In this document: positions 17,753 through 20,749 of the stretch, in pieces
Numbering within the stretch: the first letter of the stretch is position 1
How the letters are laid out: each line of letters starts with the position of its first letter
NCBI GenBank assembly: GCA_965200155.1
Contig: CBDATR010000048.1
Span: 1 to 20,749 of the forward strand
Source of the DNA: Nitrosopumilaceae archaeon
Lineage (GTDB): Archaea; Thermoproteota; Nitrososphaeria; Nitrososphaerales; Nitrosopumilaceae
Direction of reading: 5' to 3'
DNA: 20,749 bases
The notes under the pieces: generated by a model
The model's database searches: none
Told to the model about the DNA's origin: nothing
Seen by the model: only the letters and a program-made list of their open reading frames with translations
Program-made: the position numbers and the translations under genes

Positions 17753-17804
17753 TGTTTGTATATTAACATGCAAACAATGATAGTTGTATAATAAAAAACA
17801 AACA
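17753..17804. promoter_or_regulatory. Divergent dndB/dndA promoter region with two tandem imperfect palindromes
   Basis: TGTTTGTAT-N6-ATGCAAACA (17753-17776) and TAGTTGTAT-N6-AAACAAACA (17781-17804). Plus-strand TTAACA(17763)-N18-TATAAT(17787); minus-strand TGtTAATAT around 17760-17768. Confidence 0.6.
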
Positions 17805-17815
17805 AGTTTTTTGGA

Positions 17816-18940
17816 ATGACAATTTATTTAGACTGCAATGCAACTACTCCCCTGAATCCCAAAGTTGTTGAGTGTGTTCGTTTTTATATGGAACAGGAGT
17901 ATGGGAACGCAGGTAGCAGAACCCACGTTTTTGGTGCTGCGGCAAAAGCAATTGTTGAGAAAGCCCGCGATCAAGTGGGGAAGGTGGTTGAAGCGAGCCG
18001 TGACGAGGTTATTTTTACCAGCGGAGCGACAGAAAGTAATAATTTGGCAATTCTTGGTCTAGCCTCCTGGATGAAGGAGACGGAGAAGACCCGCCTAATT
18101 ACGACGGCTGTTGAGCATAAAGCGGTGCTAGAACCTTGCAGTGTGCTAGAGGCTCGAGGTTTTGAAGTTACATATTTATCGCTGGGAGAATCAGGGGTGC
18201 TTGATCCCGAGCATTTGATGTGTGAGATGAGCGATGAGGTGGGCCTTGTTTCTATAATGCAGGTGAATAATGAAACTGGCTGTATTCAGCCTGTAGAGGA
18301 GATTGCTTCGTTGCTTGATGGTAAAGATGCTTATTTCCACGTTGATGCAGCTCAGGGCTTTGGAAAGCTAAATGAACCCATTCATCACGAGCGTATAGAT
18401 TTAATCAGTGTTAGTGGCCACAAAATATATGGTCCCAAGGGGGTGGGTGCTCTAATTACGCGCCGCCGTGACTATGAGCGGCCACCTCTTGAACCACTCT
18501 TTCATGGTGGAGGACAGGAAAAAGGTTTAAGACCGGGGACATTGCCAGTAGCGTTAATTGCTGGTTTGGGCGTAGCGGCAGAACAACTAATGGAAATTGA
18601 AGCTGAGTGGTGGCGAGACACTGAGATCATTAAAAAACAGGCAACTGAAGCTTTGAGTTTACTGGATGCTAAATTTCATGGTGAACAGACAATGCCAAAT
18701 ATTATTAATTGCTCTCTACCAGGTATCAATTCTGAAGCGGCAATCGTGGCGCTTAAAGACATTGTGGCTATTTCCAATGGGTCAGCATGTACCTCTTCTG
18801 CATACTTACCATCCCATGTGCTTATGGATATGGGTATTGGCGAGAAAGAAGTAAAAGGTGCTTTGCGGCTATCTTGGGGACCAAGTACACCGGACATACC
18901 TTGGGAAGCGATTATTCAAACTTTAGGGTCCCTGCGGTAG
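17816..18940 (+). CDS. dndA: Cysteine desulfurase DndA
   Basis: YLDCNATT, FTSGATESNN, HVDAAQ, PLP lysine in SGHK, catalytic Cys in GSACTS. Lacks the IscS C-terminal tail and is divergent from dndB. Confidence 0.93.
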   Translation: MTIYLDCNATTPLNPKVVECVRFYMEQEYGNAGSRTHVFGAAAKAIVEKARDQVGKVVEASRDEVIFTSGATESNNLAILGLASWMKETEKTRLITTAVEHKAVLEPCSVLEARGFEVTYLSLGESGVLDPEHLMCEMSDEVGLVSIMQVNNETGCIQPVEEIASLLDGKDAYFHVDAAQGFGKLNEPIHHERIDLISVSGHKIYGPKGVGALITRRRDYERPPLEPLFHGGGQEKGLRPGTLPVALIAGLGVAAEQLMEIEAEWWRDTEIIKKQATEALSLLDAKFHGEQTMPNIINCSLPGINSEAAIVALKDIVAISNGSACTSSAYLPSHVLMDMGIGEKEVKGALRLSWGPSTPDIPWEAIIQTLGSLR

Positions 18941-19723
18941 ATGGTCCAGTGTCTCTTCTAGAAGTTGCGGTTCAAGAGGAGGGCATGGTCGAGAAAATTA
19001 ATGTCTTGGTCACGCAATTTTGTTTTTATCCGTCCGGTTAGTTTGGGAACAGGCTAATTTCAATCATCGTAAACCATTATGTTTGACTTCACGCTAGTAA
19101 TGTCAACTTAAATTGGACTTACGGATTCTAAATTGCCATAAACGTTGCATAGCACAACCAACGTACACCCGAATCTCCAGAGGGCAATTATTTAAATACT
19201 CACTTCAAACTACTAAATCGTGTTGCCCATTTAGGATTGAGGCAGGCAATATCTCATTAGCTCTTAGAACAGACAAGCCTCATAAAATTCGCCAGGGTGA
19301 CGACACCTTCTAAGTGAAGTTTGTCTTCTTCGCGAGCAGATGAATACTTACCAAAGTGTGATTTGATATCAAGTTACAGTGAGTTGCCCATCCTCTGGAA
19401 TACTGAACGTTTGCTGAAAAAACTTAGTGTGAAATACACTAGCAAACCATCACGATCCTTCGACTGATTGGTATTAATAATCTGCTTATCAAACTGCATA
19501 CTACAAAACTTGAAAGCTTTGTTGTGAGAGCTTAGTAGATGGCAAATTTGTTCTGATTGCTCAGGTTCATAATTAGTCGGAATCCGCCTAAATTTGAAGT
19601 GTTTTGCCAAAAAAACGTACCTTGTTTTTCCAATGACGATTTTGATTTTCCGAAAGTTAATCCAACGTTATACGGTAGCAGGCTCAATTCACCTATAAAT
19701 ATCTGCGTGAAGAAGCGACGAAC

Positions 19724-20047
19724 TTACCCTCGTTCTATTTTTGAACCGCCTAAACACAATGGTGAGTCAGCAGTAGACTTTTCTTGTTGCTCCCACTCAG
19801 ATGGAGTCATTGTGTGTAGTGAAAGGGCATGAATTGGTCCCGCGATTTCATCCGAAAGTAGTTCGTTAATAATTCGGTGCCTCATGACCAAAGACTTCTC
19901 GCTGAACTGATGTGAAACAGCGATAACCTTGAAATGTGATTCTGATCCCTTCGGAACATTGTGCATTCCGCTTTCATTGATCACTTCAAGATGTTCCGGT
20001 TGCAGTGCTTGATTCAGGGTATTTTCAATGCGATTTTGAACTTTCAT
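19724..20047 (-). CDS. bolA: BolA-family protein
   Basis: LEVINESGMHNVPKGSESHFKV, RHRIINELL, IHALSLHTMTPSEW, SPLCLGG. Confidence 0.95.
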   Translation of the reverse strand: MKVQNRIENTLNQALQPEHLEVINESGMHNVPKGSESHFKVIAVSHQFSEKSLVMRHRIINELLSDEIAGPIHALSLHTMTPSEWEQQEKSTADSPLCLGGSKIERG

Positions 20048-20749
20048 AGGTCGGCTAGGTCAATGACTGTTTTTTTGATGAGCCATTATCGACTCAACAA
20101 TTGATTAGGGAATTATAAACTTGACTAAGCATGATGGATTAGGTGGAAGTTCATAATTAATTGATGAATCAGCATAATCGAACTGTTTCAGATGTTCCCT
20201 GATGACGAGTCTGTCGAGAATTGGTTTGAGGACAATTGCTGGGGTGAGAGTCGAGAGCATTTGTTGTCACCCCCTTTTGCAACTGATTACAGGTGTTTAC
20301 ATGAGGCATAACTAATCGATTCCGTCGATCAAAGAATTGCCATAGCCCCAAAAACAAAAGGGCTCCAGTAAACCAGAACCCAATTGCCGACTGAGCAATT
20401 CCCAATCCATTCAACACTATATAGGAGAAATCCTACGAAACGCAAATTTTTCCTGTCAAAGCCATTTCTTCTGACAAATATAATCCCCAATCCTCGCGAA
20501 ACTGTCACATCCAAGTTTTCAGCCTTGCAAATGAAGGTATTGGAACGGGAGTTTTTGTCCACGGCTCAGGCCTTGGACATGTGGGGTTCGAAGTAAGTTG
20601 TGCTGCTGATCCGTGTTCTACGGGGCAGGTTGCAAGACTATCCGTTCAATTCCCACTAATGATGTGCGTTTTCGAGTTAGCTGATATTAAGCCATATGTT
20701 GGAGTGTCAATTGACTAACAATCTACCGATTAGTCATAACCTTAAATGG

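Larger units (their letters stand above)
3300..18940. other. DNA phosphorothioation defence island (dndA-dndBCDE + pbeABCD-like operon + accessory gene)
   Basis: Contiguous block of defence genes and decayed mobile relics between housekeeping genes. Boundaries are approximate; no integrase, tRNA or att repeats were seen. Confidence 0.85.

Noticed and set aside
19260-19310. Minus-strand HPGEFYEACLF resembling a HigA antitoxin start
   Set aside because: Only four matching residues, no start codon or RBS, and no HTH continuation.
1-20749. CRISPR array, tRNA/rRNA genes, att-site repeats, and the PT target motif
   Set aside because: No regularly spaced repeats or RNA gene signatures were seen. 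The PT consensus (e.g. GAAC/GTTC, GGCC, GATC) cannot be inferred from this sequence alone.

Overview
Bacterial chromosomal window (probably a proteobacterium, judged only from the mobB and bolA-type genes). Housekeeping genes on the left (partial mobB, a glycerophosphodiester phosphodiesterase, a CblC/QueG-like Fe-S protein, a MaoC dehydratase, a DinB-family protein) and bolA on the right flank a ~15.6 kb DNA phosphorothioation (PT) defence island at about 3.3-18.9 kb. The island carries a complete PT writer (dndBCDE on the minus strand, divergent dndA on the plus strand) and no dndFGH in the window. Facing it is a tightly coupled plus-strand operon: PLD-nuclease/SF2 helicase, ~66-aa small protein, Rad50/DndD-like ATPase with a CXXC motif, and a 126-aa DndE-like protein. 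This matches the architecture of the PbeABCD module first described in haloarchaea. The operon continues into a fifth, 934-aa gene built from a HARE-HTH, an RNA polymerase alpha-CTD, a sigma-70 region 4 and several further winged-helix repeats; this is the most unusual element. Features absent from the ORF track include a frameshifted excisionase-type HTH pseudogene ahead of the operon, a decayed IS3-family element lacking most of its DDE core, and a tandem pair of palindromes over the dndB/dndA divergent promoter. All calls come from motif recognition by eye; no searches were run.
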